64,000 bases of DNA from Bispira polyomma (taxonomy: Eukaryota): positions 33,852,001 through 33,916,000 of the forward strand of contig OZ287756.1 of the NCBI GenBank assembly GCA_965649765.1, given 5' to 3'. Positions 25,409-37,163 of the stretch are shown piece by piece. A program made the translations under genes and the position numbers. The notes under the pieces were generated by a model that searched no databases, had not been told where the DNA came from, and worked only from the letters and a program-made list of their open reading frames with translations. Numbering within the stretch: position 1 is the first letter of the stretch; the number at the start of each line of letters is the position of its first letter.

Positions 25409-26416
25409 ATGGCTCCAGTATATAAATGTTCTAAGTGTCAGGGCAACCACGGAAGGCCTGTGGGGGCTGTTTGCACAAATGAAGCTGTGGTTGTTGAGGT
25501 AGCTGCTGGTGCCGTTTCGTCTGAGGATTCATCCGTTCCAGTCATAAATTCTAGTTTGGAAGCAAATGTTTCTAGTCAAATCTTACTGCAACTGCAATCT
25601 ATGTCACAAATGATGGAACGGATGGATCAGTGAGTTCAGCAGACAGAGGCGGCACTGGCAGTGGACAAAGCTCAGGCTAGTACTAGTTCTAATTCCAGTA
25701 TTTCCGGTGGTTCTGTGAACAGTGTTAGTAGTGAAGGGTTAACCTCCGATAGTATAATCCCAGGTGTTGAATTCCTACGCAAAAATACCTAGATACAAAG
25801 CCAAGTAAAAATAAGGCTAGCGAAACTCAAACAATTGAATGAAAATCCGCAAGGTAAATTGAAATCACAAAGGGGGGGCGTTGATGTGGTATTTAAATGC
25901 GTGGTCGAATGGCCCCAAAACCATGCTTAAACAGGCAGCTTTAAATCCATACCAACCTACGACGATTTGTCTTTAAACCAGTGGGTATGCGGTTTTACCG
26001 GAATAATTCAAGAGGAAAAGTCCAACGAAATCCGTGAAATAATGCCCGATTATATGGCCAACTTAATGGAAGATGCAGAGGACTTCTCTTGGAAAGCTGC
26101 CAAAGCATGTCACGCCGTTGTGCTTACCCATATGGAGATGGACAAGGTCAAATGGTCGGATGTCAAAAAATTAGATAGATTTCGGAGGGCAGATGCCCAG
26201 CGACATATTGTTGGTACTGGTGCTACAAATGTCAGTTGCAATATCAGTAAATTAAATGTATCAAGCAAGCAGTCCACTGCTAACTGCAAAAAAGATGGTT
26301 TATGCAAGTTTCCTAACAGCCACAAAACGGGTAATACCTATTTCAAACACATATGTGAAACTTGTGGGGGAACTCACAAGACTAGTGCTTGTACTAGAAA
26401 AAATTAAAAAAACTGA
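25409..26416 (+). pseudogene. gag: E2 gag (in-frame stops at 25631, ~25790, ~25928, 26405)
   Basis: MAPVYKCSKCQGNHGRPVGAVC; QGKLKSQRGG; WPQ; PTYDDLSLNQW; KHICETC. Confidence 0.8.
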
Positions 26417-28880
26417 GGGGCCACTGCAGTTCTGGGAAACCAAGGTATTTGCAAGAACTTTTCACAATTCAGAGTTCACAGATTTCCATTTGTTTAATAA
26501 AAGTACAAGGGAAAGAATGCTTGCATACAGCAGGGGTACACGGGCTTCCTATTCATATAGTCAGGCGCTAAAATGTGTAAATAAAGCAAAATATGATGGG
26601 AGTATAAAAATGAATGTAAAAAGGTAAATGAATGCATGGGTAAAACTCGTGTTCAAGTTGATAGCAAAAAAGTACACAGCCGAGCTCCCCCACGTGTTCA
26701 TAAATTTAGAAGTGTAAATAATGTTAGTGAAACTTGTGTATCCTCTCTCCCTTCCACGCAACTAAAAGTCACAAACTGTTTGTCGGGAAACAATGCCAGT
26801 CCTAAGAATAGAAACACTAGTTGTAAATGGAGTCAGAAAAGTACTGAGGAGTCACGTTGGCACAATAGGTTTCAACCCCTTAGACAAACCATTGTTGCGT
26901 TGGGTAACAGCTATGGGGAGGTGGGGGAGAGTATTAGTAGTATGGTGACCCATAGAGGCCCTCAGAATTTGTTTTTAAAAATTATCAAATATGACAATGC
27001 TCCAAGACAGGATAATATTCCCCATGTAAAAACAAAAGTGGAAGTGGTGCCTGAGGACTCAGTTGTCTCTTCTGATAAATATGCTTTAGAGCTGAATCAA
27101 AAGCGTAATAAGCGAGATTTACTCGTAAAGGCTTTAACAAATGACACCCACATGCAATGGAACGAGCAAAACAATGTAGAGTACGGTTTCATACCCCTTA
27201 CCACATTGGGATGTAAAATTTGGGACAATGGGTCAACAGATCATGGGCTCGATATATTAGAAATGCATGCCAAACTGAGAGGGGATGGGAGGCCTAATTA
27301 CAAAGGCCTACAACTCGCTGTAAATTCTCAGCTACATGCTGAAAAATGAAAAAAGTACCTTGTTGACTATTTGGACTGGCAGCTGCCTCTGCTGGTAAAG
27401 TATGGCTTTCCCCTGGACGTGTGTAGGGAAGATATCAGTTAGTCAGATAACCCAAATCATAGTTCTGCTGAAAGTTTTCCTGAACACGTGGATACATATC
27501 TCAAAGAAGAATGTCAATTTGGTGCCATTTTAGGGCCTTTTCAGGACCCCCTATTAAAAACCTTCACTGCTCACCTATGATGACGTGTGAAAAATCAAGT
27601 TTTACAAATAGAAAAGTAATAATCAATTTAAGTTGGCAGCATGGTCAGTCAGTGAACGCAGGTGCTTCTGCTAACTCATATCTTGAAACTGAATTTATCT
27701 TGTCATATCTGTCCATCGATGATGTTACCAGGGAAGTCACTAAGCTGGGTAAGGGCTGTCATATCTTTAAAGTGGATGTGGGTAGGGCATTCAGGCACGT
27801 CCTCATAGATCCTGGGGACATAAATTTATTAGGTTTAAAAAGGAAACAGTACTATGTCGAAAAATGCCTCCCATTCGGATGCCAGAATGGCAGTACAATA
27901 TTTCAGCGTTTATCAGACGCGGTTAGATTCATAATGAAGACGGAAGGACACAATGTCCACAACTACATAGATGATTTTTGACCGTTTCACTCCCTAGTAA
28001 GATAGGTGACATTTATGTACATCTGCAAGCCCTTTTGCAGGAGCTCGGACTCACAGTGAGTCAGAAAAAGTTAGTTCCTCCCAGTACCCGGGTAATATGC
28101 CTAGAAATACTCATAGACACTGATAAGTTTACTACCTCTATACCCGGTGAGAAAATGGTCAAAATCAGACAAAAATGTGCCATTTGGCACAACAAGCAGT
28201 ATTGTACTAAGAAGGAACTTCAGTCCCTCCTAGGTTCCCTTTTATATGTTGCCAAATGCATAAAGTATGCTCAGTTTTTCTAAACCGGATGTTGCAGTTA
28301 GTTAGAGATAATCACAGTAAGACTAGGTTTCGTGTCACTGAGGATTTTGGGCGTGATCTCAATTGGTTCAGAAACTTTATGCAACAATTTAATGGGGTTT
28401 TCTTTTTCTCACATAAGACCACACATGCCCAAGTGGAACTAGATTCCTATTTAACTGAGATGGGGGGATCTGTGGCAAGGAGGTTTACAAGTTACAAATA
28501 CCTGAACAGATGACGACCGACAATATTGCCTCCCTTGAAATGGTAAATATTCTTGTGGCCCTGAAATTATGGTCTAGGGTTTGGAGGGGATGCAGAATCC
28601 TGTTTAAGTGTGACAATCAGGCAGTAGTTAGTATTTTAGAAACTGGGCGCACACAAGACCCCTTCTGGCGGCATACACCAGAAACATCTATATGTGGGCT
28701 AGTAGATTTGATATAGATATCAGAGTAATACACATATTAGGGGTTAAAAATAAAATAGAAGATATCCTCTCCCGTTGGGATAAAACCCGAAATAATATGT
28801 TTCTGCTGGCTCAATGGGCGGGCCCCGTTAAGTGGTTGCAAACTGATGATTCTCTACTGAAAATTGGCCACACAACATAG
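26417..28880 (+). pseudogene. pol: E2 pol (RT + RNase H), heavily disrupted
   Basis: YGFIPL, KYGFPLD, KVDVGRAFR, LPFG, NYIDDF, LQSLLGSL, KCDNQAVV. Confidence 0.88.
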
Positions 28881-28921
28881 TTTTGTCACATGTCTATATA
28901 GTGAATTGTGTTTTCATCCAC

Positions 28922-29932
28922 TGGATGCCTTGCTTAGAGACAAAGCTTGTAAGAGGTTGCATTCTGCCTTTGCTGAGTCTACAGCCAGAGCTTATAATTC
29001 AATGTTTAAGCTGTTCCTGGCCTTTGGGGCTTTCATGCAGTGGCCAGTACGTCAGGTGACTGTATTTGCTATTTTATCATTGTTTGAATTCTTGAACTTT
29101 AATCATATGTCAGCATCTCAAATTGCTAATCATCTCTTGGCTGTCAAAGCTAAATGCATACTCTTTCATGTAAATGTGGACTGTTTTTCAGATCCACACA
29201 CATCTTACTATAATAAGGCTCTAGTTCTGAACAAACCTTTACAAGCGAAATTAAAAGCAGTATTTGATATTCCGTTATTAACTGCCTTAGTGGCCAAATG
29301 TGATAGTACTTATATGGGCCAAATTTTCAAGCCCGTTTACCTCACTAGTTTTTTCAGTTTTCTGAGGCTCTCCAATTTGTGTCCCCACTCTGTGGTGGCA
29401 TTTCCCCCACTGAAGCAGTTGGTCAGAGGGATGTGCTTTTCAAACCGTGTTATATTACTTTACTAATTAAGTGGTCTAAGACCATGCAGACTAATAATCA
29501 GATTAAACTGTTAAACATTCCTGTTCTGCAAAATTCCAGCCTGTGTCCTGTAGCAGCTTTGAAGAATTCCTTGGCTCTTACCCCCACCCCCCCCACCCCC
29601 CTCCACCCCCACCCCCCACCCCCGGCTCTAATGCTCCTCTCTTTCACTATAGGCTAGGTGGCTCCTGAATTCCCTTGATGGACATGAGTGTACGACGCCA
29701 CCTGAAAAACGTTTTGCAGCTCCTGGGCTGTGGTCATCGCAACCTAACCTTTCATGCTTTCAGGCGTTCAGGTGCCACGTTTGCTTTTAACAATAATGTA
29801 AACATACAAGACATACAGCGTCATGGCACCTGGACTTCGGACTCTGTGTGGAGATATATCACCGACTCTGCCCACACTAGTTTTCAGGTGGCCAACTCTT
29901 TCAGATCTGCCCTTCAGCCTACTCCTAAGTGA
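28922..29932 (+). pseudogene. E2 tyrosine recombinase, frameshifted
   Basis: FLRLSNL, KWSKT, CPV, HAFRRSGA, HGTWTS, VWRY. Confidence 0.88.
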
Positions 29933-30797
29933 TTTGGTGTTTGGTGGTCTAGCATCTACGGGTCACCTGTTAAATAAATATAAATATTAATGTATAATAT
30001 ATAAAATCTGGACAGTTTACAATTCCCCCTGTCCTTTGGGCATAGGTCAACTTATATCTCAGCACATTATGTACTCTTACACATTCTATTTCAAATCACT
30101 TGGTAACCTTTATAGTATGCTGTAAAGTAACATTAAACTCAAGTTAGGGCCACCATTGGGTGCCCTTAACTTACAGACTAAATCTAATTCAAGGTATGGT
30201 TGGTCAAATCTTAAGTTAAAGTCAGGGTCACTTAAGGGTGCCCTTAATCCCCATACCTTGCATACCCGGTTGCTCTTCTTAAATTCATGTTAAGGCCAAT
30301 GTTAGGCCTTCTTAAATTCTAAATCTAAGGTGACCTTAAGTCAACCTTTCTTTTCAAACTTAAGGTGACTTTACGTTCACCTCAAACTCGTGCTGAGTTT
30401 AAGTTGGCCTTATGCCCTAACCTTAAACTATGAAACTGTACATAATAAACCTGTAGAGCTAACAATACTAGAAGTGCTAATAAAATATTTCCGCAATTCT
30501 TTTACTGTGTTGTTTAAGGACTTGCTATGCTCTAAGAGCTAGTCGCCTCAATGACTTTCCTTAGACCACAGGGAACTGGTATGTATTGTGGGTAGCTATG
30601 ATAAAACTGTATTGCTGAGTATTACTCCAGCATGAGGTTCTTTTGAGGAAATAAACTCCAGTTAGACATGGCAGCCACTTTGTAGAATCATCCCTACATG
30701 CTGACATAAAAGGACTGGGAGCATATGCAGGATCACAATCACCTGTGGGACAAACTTAAAGCACTGTATGAAACGGATCATCCAGAGACACATAAAA

Positions 30798-31035
30798 GAG
30801 TGCTGGTAGAGGTACACAAATCTAGGTACATGTGGTGCTGATAGAAGAGGGGAGGGGGCAGAGTGCGTAGAGGGAAGGGACAGAGGTATTGGTTCAAGTG
30901 GTGCTGATAGAGGGGAGGGTGAGGTTTTAGTACAAGTTGTGCTGATAGAGTTGAGGTGGGGGGAAGGGTCTTATTACAACTAGTGCTGATAGAGTAGAAG
31001 GTGGTCTTGGTGTAAGTGGTGCTGATAGAGCAGAG
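30798..31035 (+). repeat. degenerate minisatellite with GTGCTGATAGAG core
   Basis: About six copies separated by purine-rich spacers. Confidence 0.7.
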
Positions 31036-31159
31036 CAGTACCCTAATCAGCCGCCAGGTAGCTGTGGTGACTCTACTCCACCCATGTGCAGTCACATGTT
31101 GATCATCATATTAATTTGGCACACCAATTAGGGTTACAGATAGAGTAGAGGGGGAAGTC

Positions 31160-31950
31160 TATATAAAAACTAGATCCTATCCCAGCTGTTATTCTAAATA
31201 AATGCCTCGACATTCTAGTCACACCCATAACCAACATATTAAATTTTTCTCTTTGGGATTGTATTTTTTTAAATCTGTTTTAAGACTGCAAATGTAACTC
31301 CCTTAATAAAAAACCCCAGGGCTTGATAAAAACTAGCTCAAAAACTACAGACCTGTGTCAAACCTCAGCTTTGTCTCCAAAGTTATTCAGAAAGTTGTAG
31401 CACAACAAATTTCTGACCACCTCAACAGACATAACACCGAAAATCGTCACTAATTTGCTTACAGAAAGTTTCACTGTACAGGAAGTGCCCTTTTTTTCTA
31501 TCGGCAATGACATCAATCTCGGACCGCACTGAAACAGTAGGCCTCACCCTTTTAGATCATTCAGCAGCATTCAACACTATTGATCATGGCCTGCTCTGCG
31601 ACACTCTCAAGTAGTGGTTTAGAATAAATGGCACTGTCCTTGATTGGATCAAATCCTACTTTACTCTTAGAGCAAAAATAATTAAATTAGATAATCACCT
31701 GACATCTTCCATCAACCTACCATACAGCGTATCCGTGGGATCTGTACTTGGGCCTTTACTTTTCACCCTTTACACACATCCTCTCAGCACTGTTATCAAT
31801 AAACATAATACAAAACACTGATGACACTTAAGTCTATCTCTCTTTCAACCCTCAAAATGGAAATAAAAACATTGATCTAATCTGTGCAGGTGTTGATGAA
31901 CTACTCAAATTTAATCCTGACAAAACTGAATTCATTCTCATTAGAAACAG
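31160..31950 (+). mobile_element. L2/CR1 LINE RT fragment
   Basis: LDPIP, KNYRPVSNLSFVSK, SAAFNTIDH, GSVLGPLLFTLY, FNPDKTEFILI. Confidence 0.85.
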
Positions 31951-33474
31951 AAACGTGCCTAGTGTGACCACAGCATTATAGTTAGGGCAATAAGGTCCTT
32001 GATAATGTCAGCGATTTCCAGTAACATTTTTCCCGGGAAAATGATGTATTATTATTTTTACTAGTATTTTCTGAGATGACTTCAGAGAAGTGAATCTCCT
32101 ATATGGCCCTGTGTGCTTGGGTCAGGGAAGTGATTCTGTGATTTCATATATCTATTATTGGAGCTGTTCAGTGTCCACTGGGTTGTGTTTTGCCAATACA
32201 AGCATCAATCTTCCACTTGGTGCATATTTGATACCTTTATTTACAATTTCCCATCGACATGATGATAGATCACATATGACAACCTGCAGGGCATTGCCTA
32301 GTTGCCCAGCAGCACACTAGGGCAATGACAACTTGTCATACATGGGTCAATTTCCATGAAGATCGTTTCCGTTGGACTATCTTTACTGGGTATCATTAGA
32401 GGCAACAAATATGTGGTTAAACCAATCTAATTTAATGTGTGTGTTGTAAGCCTTATCCTGTCTGAGTAAACTTTGTGTCTGAGACTTGTACTGCACAATC
32501 TGCTTCGAAACTATGGCCTAGACATCAGGGATTGCTTTCAGAACATCAAGTATAGCAACAATTCTGTCTATTGTATATTCAATTGCAGGATTGTTTCTTT
32601 GATTTTGCGTAGTGTGGATGTCATGTGAGATTTGTGTGTTTGTGAATTGACTAACTTGATAAAAGACGTCTGTGGTTATAGTGCCCAAAATTGTGTCCGT
32701 TGCTATGGTATACGTATGCAAAGCAAGTAAGATAGAAATGTGATTTATATCTTGTTTTTTTTTTCAGTTCTTGCACATTTAAGGAGTATTATGTGTCTCT
32801 TATAATGGGCAGTTTATTGGTGCAGAACAGGGTAGTTAATCAAGTTTGCTGTAAATTATACTATAGGCTTTCAGTCTACTCAATGTTCGCACAGGCACTG
32901 TGAGACCATTATTTAAATATTATGGTTTGAGCTTTAAGATATACATGAAATTTGAGTTTGATGTTGCTTAAACTATAAAGTTGCTTAAAATTTGTAAAAC
33001 ACAGAACGGCTCATTAAAGTTAATTAGAAAATAAAAATATGTGACTTAAAACTGTAATAATTACTCTGAATGAAAGTTATGGCAGACCTACGTTTTGTGA
33101 TCAAAATAAGCAATACATGTCTAAGCACAACGATTATCAGCCTTTGTAGCATGTTTAAATCAATATATTGACTTAGAAAATCAATACAAAAGATATGTTA
33201 TGTAAGATGTGTAAATATCGATCAGGATGCTTTATCCAAAAATGTTTTTTTACCAAATCAATATTTTTGAATGTCTGTCTTGGTTATCATATTTCTGTAT
33301 ATGTTTTCTTGAGTGAAGCTTAGATTGCATGACAAAACAAAAGTCAAGTACTTCAAACAAAGTTCTAGGTTGGTATTCTGAAACAAATAAAAATGCCTTA
33401 TTTACTTAGATTTCAGGTTTATTTCTTAGTTTTTCACTTACTTACATCCAAGTGTTATTCTCGAAAACAAAACT

Positions 33475-33605
33475 TACTAGGCCCTAGGCCCAAGGGACTG
33501 CTAGTTCAGTCTACCATTTAAAACGTTATTTATTACTTCAAAGCTCCCAAGTGAATTCAGCTACATAACCCCTCTTTCTGTCTATAATTGAAAGTCCAAT
33601 TTATT
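33475..33605 (+). mobile_element. relic of an Ngaro A-type terminal repeat (second copy at 41460-41590)
   Basis: gggactgctagttcagtc...acataacc...tccaat resembles E1 A (gggtctgttagttcagtcc...acataacc...tccaat). Confidence 0.55.
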
Positions 33606-33639
33606 TGGGGTAAAAAAGTCTCACATTAATAACTTACAC

Positions 33640-34110
33640 TTAATTCGAAACTATGTAGTATATTTTCGTTTGAGAATCTGTACAGATGTCTCTTTATACC
33701 TCAAAAAGTTACATTTGCTTCCCATTTGCTTCCCATTTATTATCAAATTTTGTTTAAAATCCATGTATCTACTGTCAAATATGTTGTTTGTCAACATCCT
33801 TTCTACCTTGCTACTTGTCTTTCATTCAGTGACCTCAACAGCGGAAATCAACTTTCTGTTTCCTCTGTTAAACCCACCAAGAGGCCTGATTCTCGAGCTT
33901 CTTCAATTACTGCTCCTATTTTATAGAATAGTGTCCTAGTTGAAAAACTATCTGGGTTTAAATTAAACTTATAAACCTATCTCTTCAAACCTGCTTACCC
34001 TCCTTAGTTCCCATCCTGTACACCCCCACACCCTTCCGTACAAATTAGCCATGTCTTTCAAGTGGTTAATTGATTCTGTTTTTGCACTTTAGAAGATGCC
34101 TAAGGCACAT
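33640..34110 (+). mobile_element. L2/CR1 3' fragment
   Basis: LKKLHLLPI, HPFYL, TYLFKPAYPP* ending. Confidence 0.7.
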
Positions 34111-34929
34111 TCGAATATGCAAAATACAATATAAAGTGACCTGAATGAAACAAACACAAGTTATCAAGTCAGGTGGGTACATGCACAAAAAAATAAGGTC
34201 AGATTATCACAATGTTAACAATTCCTCCCATAATGATGGCAGAAATCCACTTCTAAACATAGTTAGTACCAAACACACAAGTCAGATCATGAGATTTAAT
34301 GACAGCATCACAATGTCTTGTCTTTGGTAAAACTGTTGAACAAACTACCAAATGCTGCAACAATCTATTGGTTTTCCAGTCTATTGGCTGTTGTGGTACA
34401 TGGGATGTTTGCCTTTACAAAGTGTTGGTATTATGTATACTACAGGAATAACACCTGACAAAGCATGGTATATGCATAATGTCACCATAATTCAAGGTTT
34501 AGACCCACAAAGGCCATTGAATTTTGCTTTTACAAATTACAAATAAATCCGGTACAACGGTCACCTTCTCAGGGACATCACCAAAAAAGCTAAATATGAT
34601 TTTGATTTTTGGATTAGCAAAAAAAAAAAGGTATAATTATGAATCACTTAAATTTTCCTACTTTTATCATATTTTCATATTTGTTAATAAATATCGCTAT
34701 TTTAACTTTTTTTTGCTATTTACTATTAATGCTATTTACTATTTCGGCATCCCTTATGTCAATTTTTTAAAAAATTTTCTCATACAGATTTTTTAATATT
34801 TATGTTATAGTTTTTTTCAGGTTTAATGTCACTTTCAATATGTTTTTGTCATATATATGAGGATGGACAGTTCGCTTGTGTAAAAAATCATAGCAGGGTA
34901 GTGGGTCTGGGTGTTACAAGAAATCATCC

Positions 34930-35335
34930 ATCAAGGGAATGGTGACTAAGGAGGGGGTAGGCCTGTCTAAATAGGTTTGTTTTCAGATGTCTTTTGAAAC
35001 CAGTGATTTTATCCTATTATTTGACAGTGTGTGGGAGTTTATTCTATTCAACAGGAACTGCAACGGCAAAGCCGCACCTGCCGTTTTTTACTGTTTGGTC
35101 AGATAGACGGTTCCCCTGATAAGACTACTAGATTTAATGAGTGGGGACAAATAAGGAGGTTGGTTGGACTTGATAGCTTTGTACACATGAAGGTTGTATT
35201 GAAAAAGAATGTGCTGTATTTGTTAACCTTGTACACAATATAGCAGAGGGCATTTTGGACTCTTTGGAGCCTTGTTATATTGACCTTACTAATACCTATC
35301 ACTAAAATTACTGGGACAGCAAGCAATTGAAATAG
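34930..35335 (-). mobile_element. L2/CR1 3' fragment
   Basis: NITRLQRVQNALCYIV; ends in LFRQAYPLL*. Confidence 0.7.
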
Positions 35336-36038
35336 TCTAGCCGACTGCTCACCATTATGTTTGCACCTGGAAGCACTTGTGGAGCAATATCTTGTATAAT
35401 GAAATTCTCTTTGATATTTCACTATGAATACAAATAATTAACATGTTTTTCACTATCATAGGGTTGATCGATATAAAATGTCTAAAGCTATATAGTTTTT
35501 ACTACTTATAATTTCATCATCTAGTGATATTCACACAACATTAACTATAATAATACAGTTTAAGAGGAAACCTGTTACCCTTAATGTTTCAGAACACTGT
35601 ATATTCAAGCTGGGTGTGTGGTTGTAGTTATAAGAAATATGTACTTAGCTGGTGTGAACTGGTTCCCTTGTGTCTCAAAGTGCTTTTCTGATTTGAAGTA
35701 TGTACATATTCCTATTAGTTACACATTAGATCATTGTGCTTTGTTATTGTATCTTTTGTCAGAGTAGCTTTAATAATACAAGAGGTTCTCTTATCTTTAA
35801 TATGGTTGTGGCTTCAATATAGTATGGAATATTCATGCTTTCCTTACCAATATTTTGCATATGGTTGTAATCACTCACGTTCTTTTTCTGTTGTGCAAAT
35901 TTTTATTGTTAAAAAAACATTGAAAAATGTCAATTAAAGATCGGGTTGTATGATGTTCATCATCAAGAGCATAGTAGAGTTACATAAAATTCATAGTTGT
36001 TAAGCAACTAATAAACCATTTTACGCAATAACTGTTAG

Positions 36039-37163
36039 TCATACAAAAGTATTGTTAACAATATATTCAATATTAATAAGATAATTTCTATTGAAGTCAC
36101 AAAGTCGTCTGTTTTTCTTAAATGTGGCAATTGCTTTTCTCAAACAATATATTGCTTCTGTTATGTTGTTGAAATTGAGCCTTTCAATACAGGTGTAGAC
36201 TGACCTAAAGTAACTCTGTCGAAATATATAGGGATATGTCGCATGAAGTAAGCTCACCCCAAATTCTTCTACATCTTTACACAAATAGGAAGTAACTTTC
36301 CCGTAATAATACATAGACTTTCTGAAGTTCCATACACAGGATAACAGCAGATACTGCTCTGGATAATGTTTAAAATACATGCAAAGTAAATCTTGATCAT
36401 CAGATGGTGATAGCTCTGTATGCACATCCTTACTACATTCTATCAGTGTCTTGATGAAGTCCAACTGTTTTAATTTCTTTATATCCATCAGCATCAAACC
36501 AGCATTAATGCCGTCCTTCACAAACAATTTTTCTCTCAATTTTGCATACCTTCCACCAACTGAGGTGGCTATGGTGTGATTAGTGCCAAATGTATGAAAC
36601 ACATTCCATAATTTCCAAATGTCATCTATAAGTACCATGTCTGCATCCATATAAATTAGTTTTGAGGTATGCTGAGCAATAAGCTCTGACTGAAATATTG
36701 CAACATAGGCCATGATTTTTATACTAATATGTTGTTGTTTGTCCTCCAGTAATGCTAAGTCTGATTTATTCAAGTATTCAATTTTATAGACATTTACTCT
36801 TGATTTGGTTTCCTTTGGCCACAACTGTATTTCTCCAAGTATTTTGTCAACTGAATCATCTTTGGTGAAAATATAAAAAAATACCCTTTTTTGGGTTGTA
36901 CATACTATTGACTTTATGAGAGTAAGTCCCATATTATAAAATTTCTGACCCATGATGGTAGTGGCAATGTGGACAGTTTCGTGTAAAGGTTTCATCGATG
37001 TCTTGCCCTGTTTGTGTTGTGCGGTGGTATTCTCTTGTTTGTCCACTACCTTGATGTTATTGTTGTGTAAATCATATTGGCTATAATTAAACAACATGTA
37101 TAGAGAAAATATCAGCATAGCTGCCCTACATAACATAACACCACTTAATTTGTTCTGAACCAT
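36039..37163 (-). CDS. GT8-family glycosyltransferase, glucoside xylosyltransferase (GXYLT)-like; type II membrane protein; intronless CDS
   Basis: N-terminal TM, TLIKSIV, DxD motif YMDADMV, GINAGLMLMD, DQDLL, LSCVWNFR, SLLH; ATG at 37163. Confidence 0.88.
   Translation of the reverse strand: MVQNKLSGVMLCRAAMLIFSLYMLFNYSQYDLHNNNIKVVDKQENTTAQHKQGKTSMKPLHETVHIATTIMGQKFYNMGLTLIKSIVCTTQKRVFFYIFTKDDSVDKILGEIQLWPKETKSRVNVYKIEYLNKSDLALLEDKQQHISIKIMAYVAIFQSELIAQHTSKLIYMDADMVLIDDIWKLWNVFHTFGTNHTIATSVGGRYAKLREKLFVKDGINAGLMLMDIKKLKQLDFIKTLIECSKDVHTELSPSDDQDLLCMYFKHYPEQYLLLSCVWNFRKSMYYYGKVTSYLCKDVEEFGVSLLHATYPYIFRQSYFRSVYTCIERLNFNNITEAIYCLRKAIATFKKNRRLCDFNRNYLINIEYIVNNTFV

Larger units (their letters stand above)
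24729..30578 (+). mobile_element. E2: degenerate YR retrotransposon (gag-pol-YR); termini inferred
   Basis: gag, RT, RH and YR motifs with many stops and frameshifts; 3' end shared with E4; no B1-A2 copy visible. Confidence 0.85.

Noticed and set aside
24776-30579. Terminal inverted repeats for E2 (ccagttc/gaactgg)
   Set aside because: Too short and bulged for an ITR; better explained as the internal pairing arm seen in E1 and E3.
30798-31035. CRISPR-like repeat-spacer array, and ORF 30778-31095
   Set aside because: The core is only ~12 bp, spacers are irregular and low-complexity, there are no cas genes and the DNA is eukaryotic. The ORF is a by-product of the repeat.
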